Source: an uncultured Planctomycetales bacterium (lineage in GTDB: Bacteria > Planctomycetota > MHYJ01 > JACPRB01). Taken from it: 50,917 nt of DNA. Location of the stretch: NCBI GenBank assembly GCA_964395295.1, contig CAYNDR010000003.1:3594-54510 (forward strand). The letters are read 5' to 3'. The notes below the pieces were generated by a model. That model saw only the letters and a list, made by a program, of their open reading frames with translations, ran no database searches and was not told the DNA's origin. Below are positions 1 through 8,060 of this stretch, in pieces. How positions within the stretch are numbered: position 1 is the first letter of the stretch; each line of letters opens with the position of its first letter. Made by a program: the position numbers and the translations under genes.

Positions 1-557
1 TCTTCGGAGACGCCCTCGTGCCTCGCCCCCGCCCCGAGCGGCCCGGTGTGGCCGATCCGCGTCGTGATCCCGAGGACCCGGCCAATGGCGCCCGCGTCGA
101 TGAGATCCTTGGCCGCGCGCGCGGCCGGGTTCCACGTCATCGGCCAGTTGACGAAGAGCAGGGACTTCGCGGCCTTCGCCGTGCGGACCATCGCGAGCGC
201 CTGGGAGAGGCTCATGGCCATGGGCTTCTCCACGCAGACGGCCGTTCCCGCCTTCGCGCACTCCTCCACGACCTCCGGGTGGCGGAAGTTCTCGGAACAG
301 CAGATCGCGAGGTCGAGCTTTTCCGACTTCAGCATCTCCCGGTAGTCGCCGTAGCTCTTCGGGAGGCCGAGGTCCTTGAGCGCGTGCTCCAGGTTCCACT
401 GCCGCGTGTAGGGCCCCTTGCGCTTCTCCGGGACGGCGGGCGCGGTGTCCGCCCCGGCCACGAGCTCCACCCGCGGGTGGCGGCCGAAGATCCCCAGGAC
501 GTTGTTGACGTGCATGTGCGCGAAGCCGATCGCGCCGACGCGGAATTTGCGGGCCAT
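1..557 (-). CDS. Gfo/Idh/MocA family oxidoreductase (N-terminal part; gene runs off the window start)
   Basis: Reverse-strand reading from the ATG at 557 gives MARKFRVGAIGFAHMHVNNVLGIFGRHPRVELVAGAD...AVCVEKPMAMS, i.e. an N-terminal Rossmann GxxGxG-like start and the EKP motif. GGGAGGA lies 7 nt upstream. Third positions are strongly G/C. It is absent from the ORF track because it has no stop in the window. Confidence 0.8.
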   Translation of the reverse strand, partial: MARKFRVGAIGFAHMHVNNVLGIFGRHPRVELVAGADTAPAVPEKRKGPYTRQWNLEHALKDLGLPKSYGDYREMLKSEKLDLAICCSENFRHPEVVEECAKAGTAVCVEKPMAMSLSQALAMVRTAKAAKSLLFVNWPMTWNPAARAAKDLIDAGAIGRVLGITTRIGHTGPLGAGARHEGVSE

Positions 558-583
558 GGCGGATCCTCCCGATCCTCAGCTCC

Positions 584-608
584 GACAAAATAGACCGTCC
601 ATTTTGTC
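584..608. repeat. 25-nt hairpin element, copy 1 (GACAAAAT-N9-ATTTTGTC)
   Basis: GACAAAATAGACCGTCCATTTTGTC. It has 8-bp A/T-rich inverted arms and a 9-nt loop. The exact reverse complement recurs at 4058-4082. It sits 15 nt after the stop of the 624-1724 gene and 26 nt before the ATG at 557. Confidence 0.85.
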
Positions 609-623
609 GTATGAAAGCGAGCC

Positions 624-1724
624 CTACGTCAGCCGCACCTCGCGGCCCGTGCGGGCCGACTCGTAGAGCGCGTCCAGCGTCCCCAGGACGTTCAGGACCT
701 CCTCCCTCCTGACGATCAGGGGCTCGTCGCCGCGGACCACGCGGAGGAAGTGGGCCGCCTGCCGCCGGTGGGCGGTGAACCAGCCGTACTTGTCCGGCGG
801 GATCTTCAGGGCCGTGTTGGCCTGGTAGCGCCCCACGTTCGAGACGAGCGCGAGCGGCGTCCAGGTCAGGCCGCCCTTCGTCCCCAGGAGCGACGAGGAC
901 TCCGTGTTGTCGGGGATGTTGGCCGCCCAGGAGAGGCGCATCGAGAAGGCCGCGCCGCCGGCGAACCGGATGAAGCCCGCCGCGAGGTCCTCCACGTCGA
1001 AGTCGCGGCTGAGGTAGGGCCGCGGCATCTGCACGCCCTCGAAGGCCCCGCTCTCCTCGAAGGAGGTGACCACCTTCTCCTGCTGGTTGGCGATCTTCGT
1101 GTACGCGGCGCCGCTCACGGAGCGGACGCGCGGGTTCCCCAGGAGCCAGAAGACCATGTCCACGAGGTGGACGCCGAGGTCGTAGACGACCCCGCCGCCC
1201 GAGTGCTTCTTGACGTGGAACTGTCCCCACGTGGGGACCCCGCGGCGGCGCATGGCGTGGCCGTCGGCGAAGTAGACCTCGCCCAGGCGGCCGGAGTCCA
1301 CGATCTCCTTGGCGGCCTGGCCCCACGAGATGAACCGCGCGCTCTGCCCGATGAAGAGGTGGCGCCTCGCGGCCTTCGCGGCGTCGAACATCGCCTCGGC
1401 GTCGGCCCGGCACGTGGCCGCCGGCTTTTCGCAGACGACGTGCGCCCCGGCCTTGAGCGCCGCGATCGTCTGCTCCTTGTGGTAGGAGTTCGGGGTGCAG
1501 ACGTAGACGACGTCCAGGCCGAGGTCCTTGAGCATCTTCCGCCAGTCGCCGAAGGCGTGCGGGATGCCCTCCTGCTTCGCCACGAGCCGCGCGCGGTCCT
1601 CCAGGATGTCCGCGACGCCCACGACCTCGGCGTCGTCCTTCAGCAGTTTCCAGCCGGGGATGTGGCCCTGGAGGGCGATCATCCCGGTGCCGATGAATCC
1701 CACGCGAAGCTTCGGTCTGGCCAT
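624..1724 (-). CDS. Gfo/Idh/MocA family oxidoreductase
   Basis: C-terminal 366 aa of track ORF 624..3905, starting at the in-frame ATG at 1724: MARPKLRVGFIGTGMIALQGHIPGW...HVVCEKPAA. This shows the Rossmann start and the EKP motif. The upstream 727 aa of the track ORF are Arg/Gly/Pro-rich and antisense to the 1806-4052 gene, so I rejected them. Confidence 0.85.
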   Translation of the reverse strand: MARPKLRVGFIGTGMIALQGHIPGWKLLKDDAEVVGVADILEDRARLVAKQEGIPHAFGDWRKMLKDLGLDVVYVCTPNSYHKEQTIAALKAGAHVVCEKPAATCRADAEAMFDAAKAARRHLFIGQSARFISWGQAAKEIVDSGRLGEVYFADGHAMRRRGVPTWGQFHVKKHSGGGVVYDLGVHLVDMVFWLLGNPRVRSVSGAAYTKIANQQEKVVTSFEESGAFEGVQMPRPYLSRDFDVEDLAAGFIRFAGGAAFSMRLSWAANIPDNTESSSLLGTKGGLTWTPLALVSNVGRYQANTALKIPPDKYGWFTAHRRQAAHFLRVVRGDEPLIVRREEVLNVLGTLDALYESARTGREVRLT

Positions 1725-1805
1725 GGCTTGTCCTCGATACGGTGGCGCCGATCCGGGCGTTCTATATATGATACTTACATCGCCCGTCCTGTCGAAAGGA
1801 AGCGA

Positions 1806-4052
1806 ATGTTCACCCGGCTTGCGCTGGCGTTCCTGGGGGCCGCGGCGGTCCTGCCGCCGGGCCCCGCGGACCCCGGCGACGACGCGCTCCGCGCGGCCGT
1901 CGAGGCGGACTGGGCCATCCAGGAGAAGAGGCGCGGCCGGTCGATGGATTCGCCCGAGGCGATCCGCGGCGTCCTGAGGCGCGCGCTCCTCCCGGCGGAC
2001 GACGCCCTCGCGCGCGAAGTCGAGGGAGTGGACCGCCTGGACGCCCCGGCGCGGCTCGATCTCTACCGGAAGGTCCGCTCGCGGGCCCGGGAGCTTGCGC
2101 TGAAGCGGCTCGGCACGGCCCCGGTCGTCTTCATGAAGCGCCGCCGCTTCATCTGCCAGATGCTCCACGAGTACCTGGGCTACTTTCAGGAGGAGGCGAA
2201 GACCGCCGGCGGCGGGGTCTTCGTCCTGGAGGAGCCGGGGCGCTCGCTCAAGACGCGCGACCTGCTCGGCGGCCGCCTGCCCATGGGGCACTTCACGACC
2301 CTGGCGCTTTCCTACGATGCGCGGACGGTCTACTTCGCCTACGCCGACCACGCGGCCCCCAAGCCCGACTTCTACGCCCCGAAGCCGGGCGACCGGTGCT
2401 TCCGCCTCTACGCGGTGTCCCCCGGCGGGCGGGACCTCCGGCCGCTCACGAAAGAAGCCCAGGACGATTTCGATCCCTGCCCGCTCCCCGACGGCGGGAT
2501 CGCCTTCCTCTCCATCCGCCGCGGCGGCTTCACGCGGTGCAACAATCCCTGGGAGCCGATCACCGTCTACACCCTGCACCGGATGGACGCCGACGGCCGC
2601 AACGTCCGCACGATCTCGTTCCACGAGACCAACGAGTGGCACCCCAGCGTCCTCCCGGACGGCCGGATCGCCTACTCGCGCTGGGACTACGTGGACCGCT
2701 CGGCGGCCAACTTCCACGGGGTCTGGGCGGCGAACCCGGACGGCACCGCGCCGGCGGCCCTCTTCGGCAACTACACCGTGAAGATCAACGCCTGCTACCA
2801 GCCACGCGGCATCCCCGGATCGAACCGCATCGCCTTCATCGCCGGCGCCCACCACGCGGACGTGGGCGGGTCGCTCGTCCTCCTCGATCCGTCGCGAGTG
2901 GCCATCGACCCCGAGTCCGGCCGGGACCTGTTCGACGCGATCGAGGTCCTCACGCCCGAGATCTGCTTCCCCGAGGGCGTGGGCTGGCCGAAGACGTGGT
3001 TCCACAGCCCGTGGCCGCTCTCGGAGGACCACTTCCTCGTCTCCTACAGCCACGACCCCCTGCCGGGCATGAGCAGCAAGGAGGGCCGCGACACGGAGAC
3101 GGGGCTCTATTATTTCGACCGGCACGGGAACCTGGAACTGCTCTACCGCGAGAAGGGGATTTCGTGCATGTACCCGATCCCGCTCTCTCCGCGCCCGGCG
3201 CCGCCGGTCCTCCCCGACGTGCGCGACCGCGACCTCGGGGAGGAGGGGGAGTTCATCCTCGCGGACGTGAACCGGAGCCTCTACCCGATGCCGGCCGGCC
3301 GGCCGATCCGGGAGCTCCGCGTCTTCCAGGTGTTCCCCAAGACCACGCACGTCGTCAACAAGCCGCAGATCGGCCACGCCAACGCCGAGGGCGTCCGCAT
3401 GCTGTTGGGGACGGTGCCCGTCGAGGCCGACGGCTCGGCCTACTTCCGCGCGCCGGCGCGCAAGGCGCTCTACTTCCAGGCCGTGGACGAAAGCGGCCGC
3501 GCCGTGCAGACCATGAGAAGCGTCACCTACCTCCAGCCCGGCGAGCGGCGCGGCTGTATCGGGTGCCACGAGCCGCCGAACCAGGCGCCCCCCGCCAGGC
3601 CGGTCCTCGCCGCGCTCCGGCCGCCCTCCCGGATCCGGCCCGGCCCGGACGGCGCCGCCCCCTTCAGCTATCCGCGCCTGGTCCAGCCCGTCCTCGACAG
3701 GAACTGCGTGCGCTGCCACGATGCCGAGGGGAAGGCGAAGCCGTCTCTCACCGCCGAGCCCGCGGGGACCTTCACCCGCTCGTACGTGAACCTGAAGCCG
3801 TACCTCAACTGGCTCGCCTGGGGAAAGGGCCCCGACATGACGAAGCCGGGGCAGGCCGGGGCGGACACGAGCCGGCTCACCCGGGTCCTGGAGGACGCCA
3901 ACCACAAGGAGGCCGCCCGTCTGGACGGCGAGGACCGGCGGCGCCTGCTGATCTGGCTCGACGGCAACGTGCCGTTCTACGGGACCTACGGCGCCGAGGA
4001 GCAGGCGGCCCAGCGCGAGGGCCGGGCGGTGCCTCCGCCGCGCGTCCAGTAG
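1806..4052 (+). CDS. Secreted TolB/PD40-like beta-propeller protein with a C-terminal di-haem c module (HzsA-like architecture)
   Basis: In-frame ATG at 1806, preceded by AAGGAAG. Signal-like MFTRLALAFLGAAAVLPPG. PD40-type blades (LPDGGIAFLS, LPDGRIAYSRWDY). Two CxxCH motifs (CIGCH, CVRCH). Clearly paralogous to the C-terminal two thirds of 26290-30165. Confidence 0.8.
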   Translation: MFTRLALAFLGAAAVLPPGPADPGDDALRAAVEADWAIQEKRRGRSMDSPEAIRGVLRRALLPADDALAREVEGVDRLDAPARLDLYRKVRSRARELALKRLGTAPVVFMKRRRFICQMLHEYLGYFQEEAKTAGGGVFVLEEPGRSLKTRDLLGGRLPMGHFTTLALSYDARTVYFAYADHAAPKPDFYAPKPGDRCFRLYAVSPGGRDLRPLTKEAQDDFDPCPLPDGGIAFLSIRRGGFTRCNNPWEPITVYTLHRMDADGRNVRTISFHETNEWHPSVLPDGRIAYSRWDYVDRSAANFHGVWAANPDGTAPAALFGNYTVKINACYQPRGIPGSNRIAFIAGAHHADVGGSLVLLDPSRVAIDPESGRDLFDAIEVLTPEICFPEGVGWPKTWFHSPWPLSEDHFLVSYSHDPLPGMSSKEGRDTETGLYYFDRHGNLELLYREKGISCMYPIPLSPRPAPPVLPDVRDRDLGEEGEFILADVNRSLYPMPAGRPIRELRVFQVFPKTTHVVNKPQIGHANAEGVRMLLGTVPVEADGSAYFRAPARKALYFQAVDESGRAVQTMRSVTYLQPGERRGCIGCHEPPNQAPPARPVLAALRPPSRIRPGPDGAAPFSYPRLVQPVLDRNCVRCHDAEGKAKPSLTAEPAGTFTRSYVNLKPYLNWLAWGKGPDMTKPGQAGADTSRLTRVLEDANHKEAARLDGEDRRRLLIWLDGNVPFYGTYGAEEQAAQREGRAVPPPRVQ

Positions 4053-4057
4053 TCCTC

Positions 4058-4082
4058 GACAAAATGGACGGTCTATTTTGTC
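4058..4082. repeat. 25-nt hairpin element, copy 2 (inverted relative to copy 1)
   Basis: GACAAAATGGACGGTCTATTTTGTC is the exact reverse complement of 584-608. It lies 5 nt after the stop of the 1806-4052 gene, in a convergent intergenic gap. Confidence 0.85.
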
Positions 4083-4116
4083 GGATACCGCCGCCCAAGG
4101 TGCGGTGACGGCGCGG

Positions 4117-5682
4117 TCAGATTCCCTCGACCGACTTCTTCTTCCGCAGGGTGAACGCCAGGTCGCAGGACGCGCGGCCGAAGGGCTCCAGGGCCGCCTC
4201 CCATTCCACCATGCCGCTGGCGTCCGGCTTCCTCCGCCCGGTGGCCTCCTCCTCGTGGAAGCGGACCTCGACCTGCTCGATCTCGGAGATCGGGACGCGC
4301 TCCGTCACCCGCACCTTCTTCGCCTCGGCGCCGATGTTGCTCAGGCGCACCTTGACCCGGGCCTTCTCCTCGGACCACGACGAGAGCATCTTTGCCGGGA
4401 TCTCCTCGTCCTCGCGCCACCGGTTCACGCGGACCTCCGCGTCCGGGCCCCACCCGAGCTTGAACTTCTCGCCGGGGGCGACGAAGGGCATCGTGGTCCG
4501 CCCCACGGGGCCGCTCTCGCAGATCAGGTCCACCGGCCCCGCCAGCAGGGGGGACTTCGAGCCGTTGGCCTGGACGCTCTGGAGGATCGCGCACGGCTCC
4601 AGCTCGGGCATGCAGACCAGCCCGGTCTCCGCGGGGGCGGCCATCCGGAACAGGACCGCGCGGTACGGGCGGCCGTCGCTGGCCACGGTGGCCGGCGCGG
4701 CCCCCTTCAGGTTCAGCGCCTCGCCGCCGTCGTCGATGCCGGGCATCTCGGCCGCCGCGCGGCCCTGGCCAAGCCCCGCGGTCCGGACCTCCTGCTCGCG
4801 GACCTCCACCGCCACCTTCTCCGGCTTCCTCTGGACCTCCAGCATGTCCTCGTCCAGTTCGGGCGGCTCCACGCCCAGGGACGGCCGCTGGGTCGAGAAG
4901 AAGAGCTGGACGTCCGTCCAGGCCTCGCCCGTCCACTGCCACACGCATCCCTCCGCCTGGACCGTCACGCGCGGGCCCTCGGGGGTGCGGGACAGCGTGG
5001 CGGTGTGGCACGGCCGCCAGCAGGCCCCCGGCACGACGTATTCGAACTCCAGCTCCAGGTCGCCTCCGTTCCGGGCGTCCACCACCGCCTCGATCCGGCA
5101 GGAGTATTCCTTCGTGACGGCGTCGAGCGCGGCCATGTCCTTCCGGGCGCGGTCGATGTCCTCCCCAAGTTTCCGGACCGCCCCGCTGATCTGCGCCCGC
5201 TCCGCCAGCAGGGCCTCCTGCCGCTCGCGGAGGGACGCCAGGACTTTCTCCCAGGTGGAGCGGTCGGTCCGGTTCCACGACGCGTCCGCCGCGATCTCCG
5301 TCAGGATCCGGTTCTCGAGCTCCTCGAGCTTCCCCTTCTGGTGCTCGCACCACGTGGACCGGTTCTGCAGGCGCGTGCATTCCCTCTGGAGGTCGTGGAT
5401 CGCCTTCAGCCGCGCCGCCCGGTCCCCCGGGTCGAGCGTCCGGACCTCCCGGTGCTTCCGGTGGAGGCGGGCGGAGACCACCGCGCTCCCTTCCGGCCCC
5501 TTCCGGACGCGGCCCTGAAGCGTCTTGTCGGCGGCCACGAGGGCCACGCCGTCGACGCGGACGGTCGAGACGCCCTCCGGAAGCCGCACGCGGCCGCCGC
5601 GGGTAACCCGCGCCCGGTCCTCCATCAGCGTCACCTGGCGGACCGGCAGGTCCGCCGCGATCGCCTTCTCGGGATTCGCCAT
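4117..5682 (-). CDS. DUF4140/DUF4139 (mucoidy inhibitor MuiA family) protein, paralogue B
   Basis: Start taken at MANPEKAIAADLPVRQVTLMEDRARVTRGG (ATG 5682), 2 nt after the stop of the upstream gene. N-terminal DUF4140-like strand, a central coiled-coil (EELENRILTEI...RERQEALLAERAQ) and a DUF4139-like core (LEFEYVVPGACWRPCH...TGEAWTDVQLFFSTQRP...LLAGPVDLI). No signal peptide. Confidence 0.75.
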   Translation of the reverse strand: MANPEKAIAADLPVRQVTLMEDRARVTRGGRVRLPEGVSTVRVDGVALVAADKTLQGRVRKGPEGSAVVSARLHRKHREVRTLDPGDRAARLKAIHDLQRECTRLQNRSTWCEHQKGKLEELENRILTEIAADASWNRTDRSTWEKVLASLRERQEALLAERAQISGAVRKLGEDIDRARKDMAALDAVTKEYSCRIEAVVDARNGGDLELEFEYVVPGACWRPCHTATLSRTPEGPRVTVQAEGCVWQWTGEAWTDVQLFFSTQRPSLGVEPPELDEDMLEVQRKPEKVAVEVREQEVRTAGLGQGRAAAEMPGIDDGGEALNLKGAAPATVASDGRPYRAVLFRMAAPAETGLVCMPELEPCAILQSVQANGSKSPLLAGPVDLICESGPVGRTTMPFVAPGEKFKLGWGPDAEVRVNRWREDEEIPAKMLSSWSEEKARVKVRLSNIGAEAKKVRVTERVPISEIEQVEVRFHEEEATGRRKPDASGMVEWEAALEPFGRASCDLAFTLRKKKSVEGI

Positions 5683-5684
5683 GG

Positions 5685-7832
5685 TCAGGCCTCCCTCCGG
5701 TTTCCGCCCACGATCTCGTTCTTGGAGCTGATGCGGACGTCGTATCCGGCGCGCAGGCGGCACTTCTGGCCGGCCGGGACCTTCACGATCCAGGTGTAGC
5801 GGCCCCGCACCTCCTCGGGCGGTTCCTTGTACTCTTTCCAGGGAGGCTCCACGCCCCGGAGGGAGATCTCGATCTCGCGGTCCTCGTCCCCCTTGACCGG
5901 GACGCGCTCCCGGACTTCGAGCTCGATCTCCCGCGGCAGGTTGTTGGTCGCGTCCACCGTGACGTCGTGCTTGAGCGTGAGCTTCCCGCCCAGGACGCCG
6001 CCGGAGACTTCCTCGAAGGCGGTATTGCGGGCTACCTTGATCGCCTGCTCGACGCCGAGTCCAACGTCGACGCGGCCCTTGGGGGCCACGGTGTCCAGGC
6101 TCGTGGTGATGAAGAAGTCGCCGTCGAGGTAGACGTCCACGGGCCCCGGCAGGATCGGGTTGGCCAGGGGATTCGTCAGCCGGGCCACGCGGAAGACGTC
6201 CTGGGCCTCGCGCGGCACGGAGACGTAGGCGATCTTCAGGGCGGCCGGCTGGGCCGAGACCGGGATGTTATGGTACTTGGCCCTGGAGGGGACGCTCACC
6301 GGCGTGGCGCAGACGTAGGCGAAGTCGAAACCTTCCTGCGATTCGGGACACCGGAAGCGATCGGGAAGCCCGGGGATGCCCCGGGCCGCGGAGACGACTC
6401 GGCTCAAGGTCCTCATCGCGGGGGCCGGGGCGCCTTCGTAGGCCGCGGCGGCCGCGACCTCGAGTTTCCCGCGCCTCGAGACATGGGGCCCGGCCATGCC
6501 CAGGCGGCCGTAGTCCATCAGGTCCCCGCCGGGCACCGGGGGGCCTTCCTCCTCCGGCTCCGGGGACGGCGCCGCCGACTCGGTTTGACAAGGAGCCGCT
6601 GCGCCGGCCATGTCCGCGACCCTCGCCATCGACAGCATCTCCATGGGCATCTCGGCCTTCATCCTCTTGGGCGAGGGCGGAGCGGCCGGCCTGGAGGGGG
6701 CGGGGGCCGCGCAGGGAGGCGCAGGCATCGGGCGGCCGCGCGGGGCCGACTTGGCCATGGCCTCATCCTTTTTCGACATCTCCCGGTCGTCGGCGTCCTC
6801 GGGGGCCGCCCCTTCCGTTTCCATCGCATCACTGCAGGGCTCGGGTTCCGGCGGGGGCGGCGGAGGGGCCTGCGGCGCGGGCGCCCCCAGGAAGGCGTCG
6901 TAATCGACGTAGAGGGCCTCGGCCCCCACGGGCGGCTCGCGCCACCCGCGCTTCGCGGGAGGGGCCTGCCGGCGCCCGATGCGCAGGCTCTGCAGTTCCG
7001 GGAGCTCCGTCCATTGCTGGGGCAGTGCCGTGGAGAGCCGGAGCCTCACGTTTTCCCAGTCCTCGCCCGTGGCCTGGGCCACGAGCGCCTGCATGCGGAG
7101 CTCCGCCGACTCGGCCCGGCTGTCCACGTGGAGGCCGTAGCTCGGGCTCCACGTCGCCCCGGGCACGTGATACTCCAGGACCACGCGCGCCTTCTCCGCC
7201 GCGGCCTCCGCGCCCTGCAGGCGGACCGCCACGGCCTTCCTCAGCTGGCGGTCCTGGACCTCCGGCTCGCGCCCCTCCTGCTGGATCAGCTGCTGGAGAT
7301 GCCAGATGCGTTCCCCCAGAGCCTCGATCTCGTCCTCCGCCTTCAGGCGCTCGGCCATCCGCGCCTGCCGTCCGTCCTTGAGGAAGCTCGCGAGTTCCAG
7401 GAAGGCCGGACCCGGGAAGGGCGGGGGCTCCTTCGCCTCCTTGACCGAAGGCCGCTCGGGCAGGGCCACCCCGTCCATGGCGTCGATCGACGACTCCAGC
7501 GCCTGGATCTTCTCCTTCAGCGCCGATTCCTTCTCCTTCAGGTCTTTAAGCTGGTCGCGCCGGGACTTGTCCGGCTCGACCTTGTCCCCGGCGTCCTTCA
7601 CCCGGAGCCGGACCTTCGTGTCGGCCGCCGTGGGCACGGCCGCGGCGCCGTTCAGAGACTCGATGCGGACACGCACACTGCCGTCCTCGATGCAGGCGGG
7701 CAGGTCGTCCAGGAGGATCTGCTCCGGGAACCGCCCGTCCCGGCGTTCCAGGACGGCCGTCCGCCGGACGCGGGCCCCCTGCCGGTAGACGGTGACTTCG
7801 TCGAGCGCCGAGGCCACGACCACGGATTCCAT
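5685..7832 (-). CDS. DUF4140/DUF4139 (MuiA family) protein, paralogue A, with a Pro/Ala-rich insertion
   Basis: MESVVVASALDEVTVYRQGARVRR..., a coiled-coil, VLEYHVPGATWSPSYGL...ATGEDWENVRLRLSTALP, and a C-terminal ILPGPVDVYLDGDFFITTSLDTVAPKGRVDVGLGVEQAIKV. These match the TIGR02231/DUF4139 pattern as I recall it. A roughly 120-aa P/A/E-rich segment (about aa 315-435) splits the domain. Confidence 0.8.
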   Translation of the reverse strand: MESVVVASALDEVTVYRQGARVRRTAVLERRDGRFPEQILLDDLPACIEDGSVRVRIESLNGAAAVPTAADTKVRLRVKDAGDKVEPDKSRRDQLKDLKEKESALKEKIQALESSIDAMDGVALPERPSVKEAKEPPPFPGPAFLELASFLKDGRQARMAERLKAEDEIEALGERIWHLQQLIQQEGREPEVQDRQLRKAVAVRLQGAEAAAEKARVVLEYHVPGATWSPSYGLHVDSRAESAELRMQALVAQATGEDWENVRLRLSTALPQQWTELPELQSLRIGRRQAPPAKRGWREPPVGAEALYVDYDAFLGAPAPQAPPPPPPEPEPCSDAMETEGAAPEDADDREMSKKDEAMAKSAPRGRPMPAPPCAAPAPSRPAAPPSPKRMKAEMPMEMLSMARVADMAGAAAPCQTESAAPSPEPEEEGPPVPGGDLMDYGRLGMAGPHVSRRGKLEVAAAAAYEGAPAPAMRTLSRVVSAARGIPGLPDRFRCPESQEGFDFAYVCATPVSVPSRAKYHNIPVSAQPAALKIAYVSVPREAQDVFRVARLTNPLANPILPGPVDVYLDGDFFITTSLDTVAPKGRVDVGLGVEQAIKVARNTAFEEVSGGVLGGKLTLKHDVTVDATNNLPREIELEVRERVPVKGDEDREIEISLRGVEPPWKEYKEPPEEVRGRYTWIVKVPAGQKCRLRAGYDVRISSKNEIVGGNRREA

Positions 7833-7850
7833 GAGATCCTCCCTCTTGGA

Positions 7851-8021
7851 TCAGGACAACGCGGCGATCAGCCGGTCGAGCTTCTCGCCCAGCAGGCGGA
7901 AGTCGACCGTCATCCCCCCGCTCTTCGAGAGGTCCGCGACGAAGGGGCAGGGCTCGAAGACGACGCAACGCTGGAGCCCGTCGATCATCGCCCGGCTGGC
8001 GGGTCCGGTCCGGAAGGCCAT
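7851..8021 (-). CDS. Possible small protein (56 aa), function unknown
   Basis: ATG at 8021 to TGA at 7851: MAFRTGPASRAMIDGLQRCVVFEPCPFVADLSKSGGMTVDFRLLGEKLDRLIAALS. Almost every codon ends in G/C, like the neighbouring genes. It fills the gap between the HEAT and DUF4139 genes on the same strand. It is below the ORF-track length cutoff, has no clear RBS and has no recognisable family. Confidence 0.3.
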   Translation of the reverse strand: MAFRTGPASRAMIDGLQRCVVFEPCPFVADLSKSGGMTVDFRLLGEKLDRLIAALS

Positions 8022-8060
8022 CGGGAAGGATTCTACGACCGCGGGCGGCCGCCGACAACA

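Noticed and set aside
624-4052. Very long track ORFs 624..3905 (-) and 750..4052 (+), each over 1000 aa and overlapping each other almost completely.
   Set aside because: Only the C-terminal 366 aa (minus strand) and 748 aa (plus strand) look like real proteins. The extensions are Arg/Gly/Pro/Ala-rich translations antisense to the real gene on the other strand, the usual artefact of about 70% G+C DNA.
1806-4052. Reading the HzsA-like propeller/di-haem proteins (also 26290..30165) as evidence of anammox hydrazine synthase.
   Set aside because: No hzsB/hzsC, hydrazine dehydrogenase or other anammox genes are nearby. The genomic context is carbohydrate metabolism, and one paralogue is fused to a DUF1080 domain.
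584-4082. Treating the 25-bp inverted copies as ends of an insertion sequence or composite transposon.
   Set aside because: There is no transposase or integrase between or beside them, and no target-site duplication (flanks ...CAGCTCC / GGATACC...). I kept it as an open alternative in the findings rather than annotating a mobile element.
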